A DNA stretch of 64,000 nt from the human T2T-CHM13v2.0 reference genome, Homo sapiens. The notes under the pieces are model-generated. The model saw only the letters and a list, made by a program, of their open reading frames with translations, made no database searches and was not told the DNA's origin. Of the stretch, positions 29,663-43,822 are shown piece by piece. Position 1 is the stretch's first letter, and each line of letters starts with the position of its first letter. Made by a program: the position numbers and the translations under genes. The stretch lies in NCBI RefSeq assembly GCF_009914755.1, contig NC_060937.1; one strand, given 5' to 3'.

Positions 29663-29960
29663 AGCCAGGTACAATGACTCACACCTCTAATCCTAGCACT
29701 TTGAGAGGCTGAAGCCAAGTGGATCGCTGGAGCCCAGGAGTTCAAGGCCAGCCTGAGCAATATAGTGAGACCTTATCTCTACAGAAGATTTAAAAACTAG
29801 CCAGGCATGGTGGTGCATGCCTGTGGCCCTAGCTACTTGGGGGAGCTGAGCTTGAGCCCGGGAGGTCAAGGCTGAAAGGAGCTGGAATCACGTAACTCCA
29901 CTCCAGTCTGGGAATACAATGAGATCATATCTCAAAAAAAAAAAAAAAAAGAAAGAAAGA
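29663..29960 (+). mobile_element. AluJ
   Basis: Diverged Alu with gagcccaggagttc and A-rich tail. Confidence 0.9.
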
Positions 29961-31209
29961 AAGCCACTTGAACACAGAGCTGACCTAAAGTTCCTTGGTC
30001 TTTTTCCTGCAAACATTCTGCTTGCTACAAATGGATGGGCTAATTCTTTCATTTAAACAACACTTTTTTTTTTTGGCTACAAAATAAGTGTTCATTATAG
30101 AAAATTATAAATTGATTGTTTAGGCTCACTGTAGAAAATAAAGAGAAAAGCAAAGAGAAGAAGATAGGAATCATGTGTGGACATTCCACCAGAAAGACAA
30201 TTAGTTCCTTCTATTTTGGCTTTTTGGATTGCAAGGAACAGAATCCCCTGGAGTTGACTCAAGCCAAAAGGCTTCGTGGTAGGGACGCAGGTGGAATAAC
30301 AAAAAATCTCACAGAAATCTTAGAGCAAGAAGCTGTCTCAGGGCTGGTCCTTATTAAGCTGGAGGGAGAGTGGCTTTGGATTCAAAGGATATTCAGGGAC
30401 CCAAGAACAAATAGCTCAAAATTTTTACCCTGGAACCCCACTGTTTATACAACTCAGCTCACTCCACATGCCTGCTTCTTTCGGTCCCGCCAGGATACTT
30501 TGCAAATGTGCTAGTTTAAACACCGAGAGAGACTCTCACTGGTCCAGCCCATCTTTTCAATAGTCCTCGGATTGATGGACATCCTTTATACTATGCCCAA
30601 TCAGCTGTGAGCTAGAGCGTCAAGGGCTTGTGGCCAGCCTCTTGTAGGATAGTAGGAGGCTGTCCTGGCCTCGATGATAATAATGATAATAGTCAACATG
30701 CATGGAGCACCTGCTACATGCCTTGCACTACTCTAAACACTGCCCACACGTTATAACATTAGCTTTCCTTTTCGCTCTATGAGGCAGGCACTGTGATGAT
30801 CACCACTTGACAGTTGGGGAAATTAAATATCGTAAGCTGTACAGCTGTAGCTCTATACTTGACTGCCCTAGCTAAAAAGGTGATGCATCCATAACGCTCC
30901 CATCTCCTATCCTTCTCTCCCCCATCAGTCCCCTTCCTGCCAAGTCCCAGTGCTCTCACTTTGGTTGCCCCAAGTACTTCGCTTAAGTGCTCCACGCTCC
31001 AGAATCATCTCTACTCCCTCTCCCCTCTCCCATCCACCCAAATCCTGCTTCACTCAGTTCACCCCGTCTCTCCACCTTCCCTTTACCTGACCCCAGAGAA
31101 GCTTGGTTTGGCCTTTCGGAGTGTAGGGCCTGCCGTTAGTAGAGGATTCTTTCCTCTAGGGTGGACTCTGTGTTCTTTGGACACAGTGAAATTAAATACC
31201 AGGGCACCG

Positions 31210-31840
<631 letters not shown>

Positions 31841-32689
31841 TTAAAGGGTTTCACAGACTATGTAGTATGGATTCCTACATGCAGAATCCAAGCCACATCC
31901 AGGTTTTACCACGATGCTCCCAGCCTCCTGCCTAAAGTGGCACTGTTAATCACCCACAAATCCTGAGCCCTGAAGATGGCAGTCTTCTGATGACAGGGGA
32001 CAGAAGACCTGCAGTCCAGCTTATAACCTACAGCTGGGCCCTAAATGAGACAACTTCCTTTCCCCTGAGTCAAATTAGGGGCAAGATGAAATGAGCTTGC
32101 AAACTTCTGCGGCCCTATTTGGCAACCAGAGAGATGAGTTTTCCCCTAATCTCTCTATTTCAAGAAGATCCAGCAAGCAAGATCTTTAAACGGAGGAAGT
32201 TTAAGCAAGGGACTAGTAGGCATTATGTTCTCCTAAGCACAGACACGAAAGGGCACAGTACTTGGGCATAGAAGCCTAGAATCTATTGTTGCCTCTGTTT
32301 CCTCAAGACGGAAACACTCATATGGAAGAACCGCGATCTCAGGCACCTTTGGGAATTTTCCTGAGCAGCCCCCAAAGTGCTGTTGTAAAATTAACTGTAA
32401 TTAGGATTATTGTTTAAACAAACTGTCACTTATATCTAATTACCATGTAATACAATCAAAATTATCATGAAATACATGTCAGATTCACTTTGTGGTAGAC
32501 TTTATGTGATTACAATCTTTACCTTCTGTGGATTTTTTTCCTTGGTAGTTTACTACTTACTTGTTACATTACATGTGCAGAACTAAAAGCATTTAAGAAA
32601 TGAGTGGCTGGGATAGAGACCCCTTTCTTGTCCTGTTTTTCATTCATTATTTATGAATAAATAAGAAAGAAGTATTATTTTTATGATTA

Positions 32690-32815
32690 TCTTTTGTGAC
32701 AGGGTCTTGCTATGTTGTCCAGGCTGGTCTTGACCTCTCCCGGGTTCAAGTGATCCTCCTGCCTCCGCCTCCTGAGCAGGTGGGAATACAGGCACGTGCC
32801 ACCGTGCCAGGCTCC
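32690..32815 (-). mobile_element. FLAM / free Alu monomer
   Basis: Single reverse-complement Alu monomer. Confidence 0.8.
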
Positions 32816-32959
32816 TGCTTTTCTTTCTTTTCTTCCTAAAGAGGGTGAGAAGGTCTTTCAGCCTGATGTCTTCCATCTTGATCAATAAAGGCAGAGAGCC
32901 TATCCCCCTACCTTCTAGAGTCATTTTCGTGGGAAGGTGGCTGTTGTGGCTGCACAGAA

Positions 32960-33480
32960 GGGAGTCGCATGCGGGCTGGGTGGGCCCAGTCTCACCGAGA
33001 CCCTGATGGGCCAGTGTCTCGGGTGGGGTCTGTGCAGCATACTGAACACAGCGGCGATCCTGAGGGACCCGTGATGCTTCTAGCCCAAACCTGCCCCGCT
33101 GGGTCTTGGCCGATGGACCAGCAGGGGCCGCCGAGTGCCGACCCCCGGGTGGGCCTGCCTCACCCGGCGGAGAATGCACAGCCACTCTGTGGGAACCGAG
33201 GAGCTTCCGCACCACTCAGGCCTGGCTAGGAGCCCAAGCGCAGAAAAGGTAGGGGCGCAGCCACATCGGTGGGCCAGGGCAGTCTGCCAGGCGGGACCTT
33301 GGGACGGGGCTGGAATCCCCTAGGCACGGCCAGGAGGTTAGCCTTCTGCCAATGACCCCGTTTAAAGCCCAGGTCCAGAACAGGTGCTTGGTGGCCTGCT
33401 GCGGAAGGTGGCATCCCGCCTTTGCTGCCTATAACTCCCCTCCCCAAACTCGCACACCTCCCAGCCACCCCCGTACACAC
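32960..33480. promoter_or_regulatory. CpG-rich, GC-rich non-repeat patch; candidate promoter
   Basis: Visibly higher CpG density than flanks; possible donor AAG/GTAGGG after 33248. Confidence 0.55.
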
Positions 33481-34861
33481 ATGGCCAGCTTCTGCGAGTT
33501 TCTTCCTCTAATTTTCCCATGCCCACCAATACTTCCCTTTCTATGCCCACTTCCTTTCCAGTCCAATCCCATTCTTGACTTTCCAGAGTGACAATCACCT
33601 CTTTGGATAAATCAGATTCATGCTAACAATGTTAGTGTATAAATAATTTCCAGTAATCCCCTGCACTTGATTTCAATTCAGCAAACATTTATGGAGCAAT
33701 TCCATAGACTGGGCCCTAGAGAAAAATCAAACTTAAACAAAATCCAGCCCCTCAAGGCTTTACACAGCTAGCGCATTTTTTCCTCAAAAGAGTTGTTTTT
33801 AGGTGGTACCATAATGAGATTTTTAAAATTTTAATAATGTCATTTACATGTTAACATGCTGTAAGAGTATAACAAGTACATGAAATCCATTATTTCAAGA
33901 TTACTTTTGCTTAGAGTGAGGCTAAAGAAGGTAGTATGTAAAATAAGTGAGGCTACTTGAAGAAGAATATTCAGTAAATGACACCGAAATGGCAAAATCT
34001 GTGCAGATGATGGACTCATGGCTAATTTCTAGGAAGCAGGAACTCAATGGGAGAGGAAGACTGTATCCAAACGACATGTAATCCTAACAGGGAAACTGAG
34101 AGGGGGAAATTACTTGCGGCTTTGGGAACACGGAAGGCTTCTTGGAGGAGGTAGCATTTGAGATGGGCCTTGATGGACAGCAGAAATAAAACTAATGTTG
34201 AACGGTAAGGTGGAAATGGATCATAAGGAGTTAAGAACTGGGGTTTTTTCCTTTTCCCTTAGTGACCTGTGCAAATAATATAACAAAAGAGGCTTTCCTG
34301 AAGGCAGGGATCTTCATACTGTGGGTGAGATCAATGGGTCAGAAAATTGATTTACTGGAATATGACTGGCATCTAAAATACTGACCAACAGTTACTGTCA
34401 AAGTGCAGCTTCCAGCATAAGCATAAGCAGTGCGAAACTTTTGTTTCCAAGTGAAGATGGAGTCATTTGAGTCCTGTGAAATGGTCACAGTCAAGGAAGT
34501 CTGAAACCCGTTACCCTGTGTGTGATGCACTTTCAAGCATGGTGGAGCCTCAGGAGGAATCTATTGCTGGTCCCCTCTCAAGTTGGTCCCCACAGAAGTC
34601 ATCTGTGTTGGCTCCACTTCAACCTTCCCATTCCCAGCAAGTCTTTTTTCAGTCTGCTGGGATAATGTAGGAAGTTTTGGCAGCTGTCAGAGGATGACAG
34701 AGCTTTATGGGGCATACTTCATGGCTGAGAGTGAGTTTTTAACTGAGGCCAACCTGGGTTTTTTGTTTTTTTGGGTTTTTTTTTTTGCACTTTATTTATC
34801 AACTAGATACAATACAATATTGAGCTTTTTTATTGCTATTTATTTATCAACTAGCCTTATT

Positions 34862-34998
34862 TATCAACTAGATACATAATAAACTGTGCATATTGAATGT
34901 ATACAATTTGATGAATTTGGACATATGCATACACCCATGAAACCATCATCACAAAAAAAGTAATAAACATATCCACTACCTCCAAAACTTTCCCTATG

Positions 34999-35042
<44 letters not shown>

Positions 35043-35345
35043 AGAGCACTTACTATGAGATATACCCTATTAACAAAATTGTAAGTGCATTCAGTATTGA
35101 TGACTTTGGTAGTATCGTTGGCTATAGGTGCAATGCTATACAGCAGATCCCTAGAACTAATTCATCTTGCATAACTGAAACTTTATAGAGGTTCCTCAAA
35201 CAATTAAAAATAGAACTACCATATGATCCAGCAATCCGACTTCTGAACGTATACCCAAAAGAACTGAAATCAGGATCTCAAAGAGATGTCTGCACACCCA
35301 TGTTCGTAGCAGCACTGTTGACAATAGCCAAGATATGGAAATAAC
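34862..35345. mobile_element. L1MA 3' fragment with inverted halves and (TG)n at 35001-35040
   Basis: Antisense L1 3' UTR to about 35187, then sense aaaaatagaactaccatatgatccagcaatcc. Confidence 0.8.
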
Positions 35346-36809
35346 TCCACCTGGTTTCCATCCTTTGCTAATTGGGTTAGCCAGTCTGGGGACTGCAGTT
35401 ACCCAAGCCATATTGCTTGTGACTGGACTATGTTTGGTGGGGTGTCTCTGAGGCCCGAGGCTCCCCATTGCCAGCTTGGAATAGTGACAGGATCTGAAGC
35501 TCCCAGCGTGAGGTGTGTGTGAGCTGGTGCAGGATCCAGTCTGTGTGGGAGGACGTGGGATGATGCCTCTTCAAAGTAAAAAGTGATGGCCTCAGTGGCA
35601 CACATTTAAATTCGCTGCAGGAAAATAAGCACACAGCAGCTATTTTTAATTTGCCTTAGAACATGCAAGAGCCAGCATTGCTCATAGAGCAAAATATTGG
35701 CTTTGGATAGAGGAGATGAAGAGTTTCTGAGTTTCACTTCTCACTTCTTTGCTGAGAGACACTGGGAAAGAGCTCAGGGAAGACAGCAAGTGGCTGAACT
35801 GGGCCATTTGTGAGCCGGTACGAGTTCACCTTCAGTGTCGCCACACTCCTTTCATCTCTGAGGACCCCAAGCTTGTTCCCCTAGCACCGCAGGTCAACTC
35901 CTTCATATAGTACTGTTCCCTCTCTCAAGGTCTGCTCCCAGGCAAAGTTCTGGAAGTTGTTTTCTCAATCTGGTGTAAAAGACTGATAATAGCTTGCACG
36001 TACCTTTGCAGACGTTTTTGTATTTCGACAAGGCTGAACACCTTAATGCCAAGCTGTGCTGCTCCAGTTGGCCTGCCCGGCACATCAGTGGGCAGCGTGT
36101 CTGTAAGGGGAGGGGCCTTTCCTGACACAGCTGGAGCACAGCATGTAGTAGCTGTTTATTCCACCTCGGCAGACAGTCAGATTTAGTTGACACTACTTAG
36201 AATTAGATTTTTAAAGCTGGAAAGAACCCGGTCGAATTTCCTTCCATTAAAGATAAAGAAACAGACCTGGAGGCCTGATGTCACTTCAGTTCAATTCAAC
36301 AGGTGTTTTCTAAGCACCTACTGTGTGCCAGACACCAGCCTGACATAAGAGAAGCAATGAGTGATATGATACGGCACTTGGCCTCCGTCTTCCCACCCTC
36401 ACACGGTCAGGCGGGGCAGACGCAGGACTGCATTCTTGCTTCTGCAGGCAGGTGCACTAAGAGTGGGCAGACAGACCACCAGTAGGGCCAGTGTTGGAAA
36501 TCATTCTTCAATTTGCTAGAACTGTGAAGAATGACTCATACAGCACTCCCAGAAGGGTACCGTCATTGTCATATCTCTGAAATCTTGGGAAATAAAGTTA
36601 GATCTCAAATGTAGGGATTAGGGACACAAACCCAGGAAGTTCATAACTGTAAACTTCTCTCAATTCAGTTGAATTCAACAAACATTTGTTGAGTGCTTAT
36701 TTGTGCCCATTACTGAGAAGGGTACCAAGAGCACAGAAAATACCTGTTGAATTGCTAACATAAGAAAGTCTTGTGGCAAAGCGTGATGTGGTTTTCAAAC
36801 TGCAGCTCT

Positions 36810-36823
36810 CTGCCCCCTAGTGA
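36810..36823 (-). promoter_or_regulatory. CTCF motif (minus strand TCACTAGGGGGCAG) overlapping AP-1 TGAGTCA at 36821-36827
   Basis: One mismatch to CTCF core; lies in a probable DNA-transposon remnant (gtggttttcaaactgcag). Confidence 0.45.
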
Positions 36824-39565
36824 GTCATGACATCAGCTTAGTGTATAGTAGACACAACTTAGGCGTAGAGAAAAGGAAATAGAATAGAAAAAAATAAGAG
36901 CACTTTACACAAATTAAAGGTCAATAGTGTTTCACAAAATATGGTGTATATGTGAGTGTGTGTATATAATCAATAGCATGTGTGCATATATATGTTTAAC
37001 AGATTCTTACTGAGGATTATGATATAAGAGAAAATTTGTAAGTCATGATTTACAACACATACCATAGGAAGAGGTGATGCTTCAGGCTATGTGCCTGTGG
37101 TAGAACCAACTAGAATGTAAGTTAATAGACAGTGTATCAGTTATGGATTGCCAGAGTCATGCTGCATAACACATTACCACAAAACCTCAGTGGCACACAA
37201 GAGTACTCACTGGTTTTCTCAGGTGCCTGCTCATCAGCTAGAGAATTCCGTTGGCCATAGTTAGCTGGATCACACATCTGAAACCCGGCAGGCCATTGGC
37301 TGACCTAAGATGAGCTTGGCTGGGAACCAGGGCACCGTGGCTTGTTCCGTGTATCTCTCCTCTTCCAGCAGACGAGCGTGGGCATGTTCTCACGGAGATC
37401 AAATGAGAGAGAGGACACACACATTGTGCATACCTTTTAAAGCCTCTTTGGCATCATGTTTTCTAATTTTCCACTGACCAAAGTCACAAGCCAAGCTCCA
37501 AATTATATGGCAAAGAGTGTGGGCCATTTTTACAGTTTACCACAACAATAAGCAGTAAGGTTGGATTTGCTCTGATTCATCCTGTCCCCAGACTCTTGGC
37601 TTTCCCTTTTTTTTATCTTGATTTGAGCATCTGGTGCCTACAACTCCAGAGGGTATGGCTAGAGCCTTTATTCCCTTTGCAACCTAATAGGTGAAAAAGT
37701 TACAGATGGACAGCAAGGAGGGGCCCTAGGGAGACCCACTAGAAAGAAGATACAATACAGGACCTGGCAGGGACCTGGCATCTCCTGGCAGGGCAGGGCT
37801 GGGTGGAGGGCAGTCAGGAGAGAGGGTGTGAGGGAATCTACAGGAGGGAATTTGACAACTTGGAACATCCTTGTTCTTCCCAATTTTGTATTCAATTCAA
37901 TCAACTTGTTCCAGGAAGAGGATAAATTAATCCCATTTCTAATGTAGAAAAAAACAAGCCTTCTATTCCTGCCACTAATCCGTGATGTGACCTTCGACAA
38001 GATACTTCTCTGGGTCTCAGTTTCCCCACTGTAAAGGAAGGGGGATGACTCTATGGGTTGGATGGTGCCTTCCAGCTTCGTCTTCTCTGCCTTCCTCCAA
38101 TGCCTTGCTCATGGTACAGATGCATTGCTTAAGGCCCACTCCACCCTCCAGTGCTCAGGACACAGAGCTAATCCATCCTAACCTTCCCTATTAGGGTGGT
38201 CATTGCCCTAATAGCCTTCTCAACATCCCCCTCCACTGCTATAGCTGACCAGTGTATACAGGCAAGATGAGCTCTGCCATGCTTATTTGGTAAAGCTGGA
38301 GGAAGCAACTCTCTTTATTTCTAAGCCACTAAGAGGCCATGGAATATACCCAAGCAGCTGGAAAAGCAGCAATGTACTCATTTCAGATTAATTTAGAGAA
38401 GCGAGCTGGAAAATGCTTGGGCCGTGCCTTGCAACAAATTTGGATCCTCTTAAAAGCTCACATAAGCTGTGATATCCTGATGGTAGGAAGTCTTTAATAC
38501 TCACTGGGGGAAGGGGAAGGATCTGACTCTTTAAAGGTCACTGTTACTTTTAACTATTTTAAAAGAATAATAAAGGAAGAACACCTTCAAGTAAAGGCAT
38601 TTAAGGTTCATTTCTAAGGGACCAGCAACTTGGGTTAGAACAATTTACACTAATTTTACACTGGATGAGAAGAGAGGTGATAGGGGACATTAGAGGCCGG
38701 CAAGTCCACACTGCTCCCCCTCTGCTCATCCATCTGTGCTGTCCCTGGAGGTAGCTGGGGACCTCAAGCAGAGTCTGGAGAAGGGGGCTTGAGTGACCAG
38801 TGAGCAGCGTGGCTCTCCTGTGCTGGGATCCTGGTTCCAGCACTTACTAGCTGTGGGAAGCCTGGCAAGTTCATCAACCTTTCTGTGCCTCAGTTTCCTG
38901 ATCTATAAAATGGAGACAATAATTGTATCTCTCCTACAGAGTTGATGAGAGGATTAACACAAACGTGCATGTAAAAGACTCAATGCTTGGCACATAATAA
39001 CCTCAACAGAGGCTAGATATTAGTGACAGTGCTGTCAAGCCTGCATTCATTATTTTAAAATTAAAGTACTTTTCTAATTTTTGGCTCCTAACATGGCTAA
39101 AAAGACAACCCTCTTTCAAATTTCAGCTTGTGTTGGGTTTGAAAGTCCCCAGCACAATCGCCCCCACCATTTTTTCCCTCCTTCCCTTGCTTAAGCAATA
39201 TCTGGTCTCCATTTTTACACAAGTGGTTTAACAATCTAGATTCACTGACGAGCTCCCCTTAGACTTCCCTCCTTTCCTCTTCATCTGGACAAGCTGCTGG
39301 GGAATCCTCTGAATTTCAACCCCGGGGAAGCCCCAAACCTTCTGGAGTCACTTTCTCTTTTAGAATCTTAAGACCATTGATTATATCTGTCTATTTTCTG
39401 AAGCTGTAGAGACAGCCACTCAAGAAACAGAATTTCAAAAGGATACTATATTCGATGAATTAGTCAATTCCCTTGTGGTAGACATGAAATTATCCCTAAA
39501 CCACCCCAACAGAGGAGACTCTTACAGTGAGAGGCAAAGAGATGCTGGGTTTTAACAATAGGAGA

Positions 39566-39588
39566 GCTCATTTGCAATGCAAATGAGC
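39566..39588. promoter_or_regulatory. Octamer / PORE-like palindrome GCTCATTTGCA-A-TGCAAATGAGC
   Basis: Perfect 11-bp inverted repeat containing ATGCAAAT at 39577-39584. Confidence 0.55.
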
Positions 39589-40782
39589 AACCAGCAGGCA
39601 AATGAACCCTTATGGGAAAACCACTCTAATCATAAAACCTATTTGCTTTGGGGAAACTGCAATGTAAGGACAAGCAGAATCATAGCTCCGTGAATTCCCT
39701 CTAATATAGGATATTAGGGAATTATCCAGGTAGTTTTCTATGAAATTGTGCTTGAATGAAACAAAATGCATTGCTGGGCGGTAGATAATATCTTTAAAAA
39801 TTGAATCCACAATTGCAGACTAAATTATTTATGGTTGTCACTATAGCTGTGATAGTTTGGATATGAAATAGTCAGGCCTTTCCCTTTGTTTTTATTTGTA
39901 GGAAAACAAGTCATTCAAGCTTTTTAGTGATACAATGTGACTTGCTGTCGATGGCAGTTACGAATTTCCAAGCCCTGCCAAGCACAGGAGTACCCAGAAG
40001 GGACATATGTTTTCTCTGCTTTGTGTTCCAAATTTGCCTTAAAAACATGCAATTATGTGAAGGCCTGATTTATATTTTCAAGGAAAAGCACAATAATGGC
40101 CCTGTTTTCTAGCTGTGTTTCTCCAAAACGTATTTATATTGCTGCCTTTAAAAAAGAAGTTGGCTAATGATCACTGGATTTTTGCTTTCCTTCGTGACAT
40201 ATGAAAATTTGATGGGGTCTGTGAGATTTAAGAACTGTTTTCTTAAGTGCAAAGGAAATTTAGTTAACATAGTGTGTGCCAAGAGCCTGACAAATCTTCT
40301 GTAGTTACCTTTCATCCATTTCCTTATTTTTGTGAAGGGTGGGAGAAGGGAGGCAGGAAGTGAGAGAAGATGTGGCCAGAGGCAGTGATGGTAGCGTGAC
40401 CCCAGAGGACAGACAGCAAACCTCAGCCGGCTCCTAAGGCATGACAGGTGTGGGTGTGTCATGCTTGTTGGTGGAGGTGGGGTGAGGTGGGATATTTGTT
40501 GCGGATGGCTCTGAGGAGAAGTTGTGAAGGGAAAAAGGCTTTTTGGTTGCATTTTATGCTTAAATGAAAATTACTGTAAAACCCTTTATAAATTATATAA
40601 TCACACTCCCTTTAGATTTCATGCCCTTCATTGCTATTATTAATGATGGCTTTCACTCCACTGTCTCAGCAGCATTTCCAGGAAATTTATTGAGACAAGA
40701 TGAGTTAGTCTCTTTCTGGATTGGGGAGCCCCCTCCTGGGAGGTAGGGCAATTTTTGTTGTTGCTGTTTTTTTCTTTTTCAG

Positions 40783-40902
40783 TGATGAAGGTAGAGAAAG
40801 GCAAAAGGCCAATTCCACATAAAATGCTAGTTAGTGGACAGGCAATCCATCGCAGTAAAAAAATTTCAGGAAGTATTGAAGCTAAGACGAAAAAATATTC
40901 AG
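40783..40902 (+). pseudogene. WDR95P: Candidate first coding exon A (ATG 40785; MKVEKGKRPIPHKMLVSGQAIHRSKKISGSIEAKTKKYS)
   Basis: Strong acceptor ttttctttttcag, open frame, donor CAG/GTACAG; no family motif recognised. Confidence 0.4.
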
Positions 40903-41214
40903 GTACAGTGGAAAAAATGAAAGTTTGTGGTAGAGATAACATATAGGCAATATATTTTGATTCCTTTGTACAAATCTGCAAAACAAATGTGTTTTATGTA
41001 ACTTATGGACTAATAAAGTATTTATATCTGCTATTTAGAATTGTAAGGGCTCAGAAAAATACAATGTGAAAAACTGTGACAGTAGCATGTCTTTCCTATA
41101 ATTTTCCAACCTTAAGAGAAATAATTTTCAAATCCTTAAAAGTTGTTTCACCTTCTGGATTTCACATCTAGAACTCAGGAGAAGTCGTATAGGTGTTCTT
41201 AGAGACCGGATCTT

Positions 41215-41521
41215 TTTATTTTTATATTTATTTATATTTATTTATTTTGAGACGGCGTCTCGCTCTTTCACCCAGGCTAGAGTGCAGTGCCGCAATCTCG
41301 GCTCACTGCGAGCTCCGCCTCCTGGGTTCACGCCATTCTCCTGCCTCAGCCTCCTAAGTAGCTGGGACTACAGGTGCCTGCCACCATGCCCGGCTAATTT
41401 TTTGAATTTTTAGTAGAGGTGGGGTTTCACCATGTTAGCCAGGATGGTCTCGATCTCCTGACCTCGTGATCTGGCCTCCTCTGCCTCCCAAAGTGCTGGT
41501 CGTGAGCCACCGCGCCCAGCC
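41215..41521 (-). mobile_element. AluY
   Basis: Reverse-complement AluY; TSD AGAC(C/A)GGATCTTTTTATT. Confidence 0.95.
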
Positions 41522-42844
41522 AAGACAGGATCTTTTTATTAAAGCTTAGACCCAAGTATGTTTTTCTCATGTGTTGTGTGCGAGCCTGGTAAACTCTCAT
41601 CTGCTTTTTTGGATCCTAGAGAAGGCTTTGGCCAAAGAACACTTTGAATTAACTCAGTGGTAATGTCTTTTGTCTGATAAGGGAAATGGCTCTCAGTTTG
41701 ATGAAATATCTTTTGCATGTATTTAAATACTGGTAAGATATTTCTCCCAGTTAACTTCTGAAATTACTTCCTGGGTTCCGTTCTTGCCAGAAGAGCCCTA
41801 CAAAGAATTTTCAAGTAGAAACTTCAGGCTACATGTGTCTCCACTCTAGACCTGGGTCCTTGGTTTTGTTCCCCGATGAAAAGTAATTGTGAGGCCATTC
41901 AAGTCACAATCTGAAAGATGCTTTAATTTTATAAAACGGCAGATCTCCCAGTAGCTTTGGTGTCAGTCTGAGTTTTACAGGAGGGGCCACCACCTTGGAG
42001 ACTGGTACACAGAGATTTCAGGAGATGATCCTATTGGAAGAAAAGCCAATTTCCTCCTTTGCTGTTTGCCTCAGGCCTCATGAGACAGTGTAAGAACATC
42101 AGAGCCTGACTTGGCTGTACTCACTGGTGATAGTTTATTCATTCTAAGCCAGATGTTTGGGGATTTTCATTTATAAAAGGCAAATTGGTGAGACAGTAGC
42201 TAAGAGACTGAAGGTGAGTAGGAGGTATTCTCTGGTGATCCGTTTATTGACTAAAAGAGATCCAGTTTCACTAACACCAGAGTTCCTCCATCCAATGGCC
42301 ACAGCTTGAGAAAATTTACCCCAGAAAAAGAGATGGCAGGTCAGTTCCCCCAAGGCCTCCTCCTGGATCAGCATGGGTGAGAGATGGGCTGGAGAGCAGA
42401 GGATGTGGCACAGGCAGCTCTAAGACAGAGGACCCCTGACAGGGGACAGAGTCTTTGGAATCTGACACAGTAAAATATTTGTAGACTGCCTTTTCTCATT
42501 CAGTCTAGTTCCTGATCCTTTTTTTGAGGGGGTGCGGAAGCTTCCTCTTTTCTCTCTCAAGTCAAAGCCTATCCTATCCTCCCTCTCCTCCCACTACCTC
42601 TCTACCTCCTCCTTCCTTCCACCCAGTAAAGCCAACCCTACCCTAGAATTTGGGGTTGTGGAATCAATTGAATTGGCATAGAGACTCACAACAGTGAGGG
42701 CTGGAATATCCAAATTACCTGGAGGCTCAGCTTATCTCACTGGACTCATAAAGAGAGAAATTATGGGTTTCCAGAAATTGTATTTTGTAGATATTACTAT
42801 TAGCATTATACATTTTTAATTTATTTTCTTTTTGTTTTGATAAG

Positions 42845-42896
42845 ATAATATCAAATGACCCTTGAAGAGTTACAAAGCTTAAATGCACCCTTTCAG
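42845..42896 (+). pseudogene. WDR95P: Exon B (MTLEELQSLNAPFQ), entry helix of EF-hand 1
   Basis: T-rich tract plus AG at 42843-42844; donor CAG/GTAGGA; phase-0 join to exon C. Confidence 0.65.
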
Positions 42897-43211
42897 GTAG
42901 GAATTGGCCAGGTGAACTTTCCAAATATTCATCTGGGTAATTTGATTTTCTTTTTGAAGATTGATTTTTCAGTGAAAATCCTTTTAATTCTATAAAACAG
43001 CAATGCAGATTAAATTCTTTTTAAACTGTCACTTCTTAATGGAATTAGAAACAAATTGTGAATGCATCAGGGAAATGAACAAAAGAGATACATGTTAGAA
43101 ATTGACAGAGTTTAGGTAAGTCTAATTAGACATTCAATTCTTTGGACTTTGGCTCCTAGACTAAAGAAAATGCAGCTATGTTCATAGCTAATTATTCTTT
43201 TTTGCTTTCAG

Positions 43212-43295
43212 GAGTATGAAAAGAGAGGAAGACAGCTGCTGGATCTGGAAACTTTCAAATGCATAATGAAACAGAGTATGAGGTCACAGAATAAA
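43212..43295 (+). pseudogene. WDR95P: Exon C (EYEKRGRQLLDLETFKCIMKQSMRSQNK)
   Basis: ttttgctttcag acceptor; 84-nt open frame; gtaaat donor; degenerate EF-hand. Confidence 0.8.
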
Positions 43296-43524
43296 GTAAA
43301 TGGGTTTTATAAACATTGGATCATTGAAACCACAGTTAAAACTTTAACCATATGAACCAATTAGGCCAGATGATCTATCTGTAAGATCATTCTCAGCTCT
43401 GAACTGTAATTTCTACTTAAAACCCATCTGATTTACTGAACAGTTTACATGGTAAAATATATTTAAATTACTTAGTACACTAGACCAACAAGATATTTAA
43501 AGACTTATGTTAAAAACGAGAAAA

Positions 43525-43822
<298 letters not shown>

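Noticed and set aside
32640-33215. 191-aa minus-strand ORF
   Set aside because: Runs through stop-poor GC-rich DNA into a FLAM; no recognisable domain
43001-43121. Strong donor TAG/GTAAGT near 43115 between exons B and C
   Set aside because: No family-like peptide upstream, and B joins C in frame without it; at most a cryptic exon
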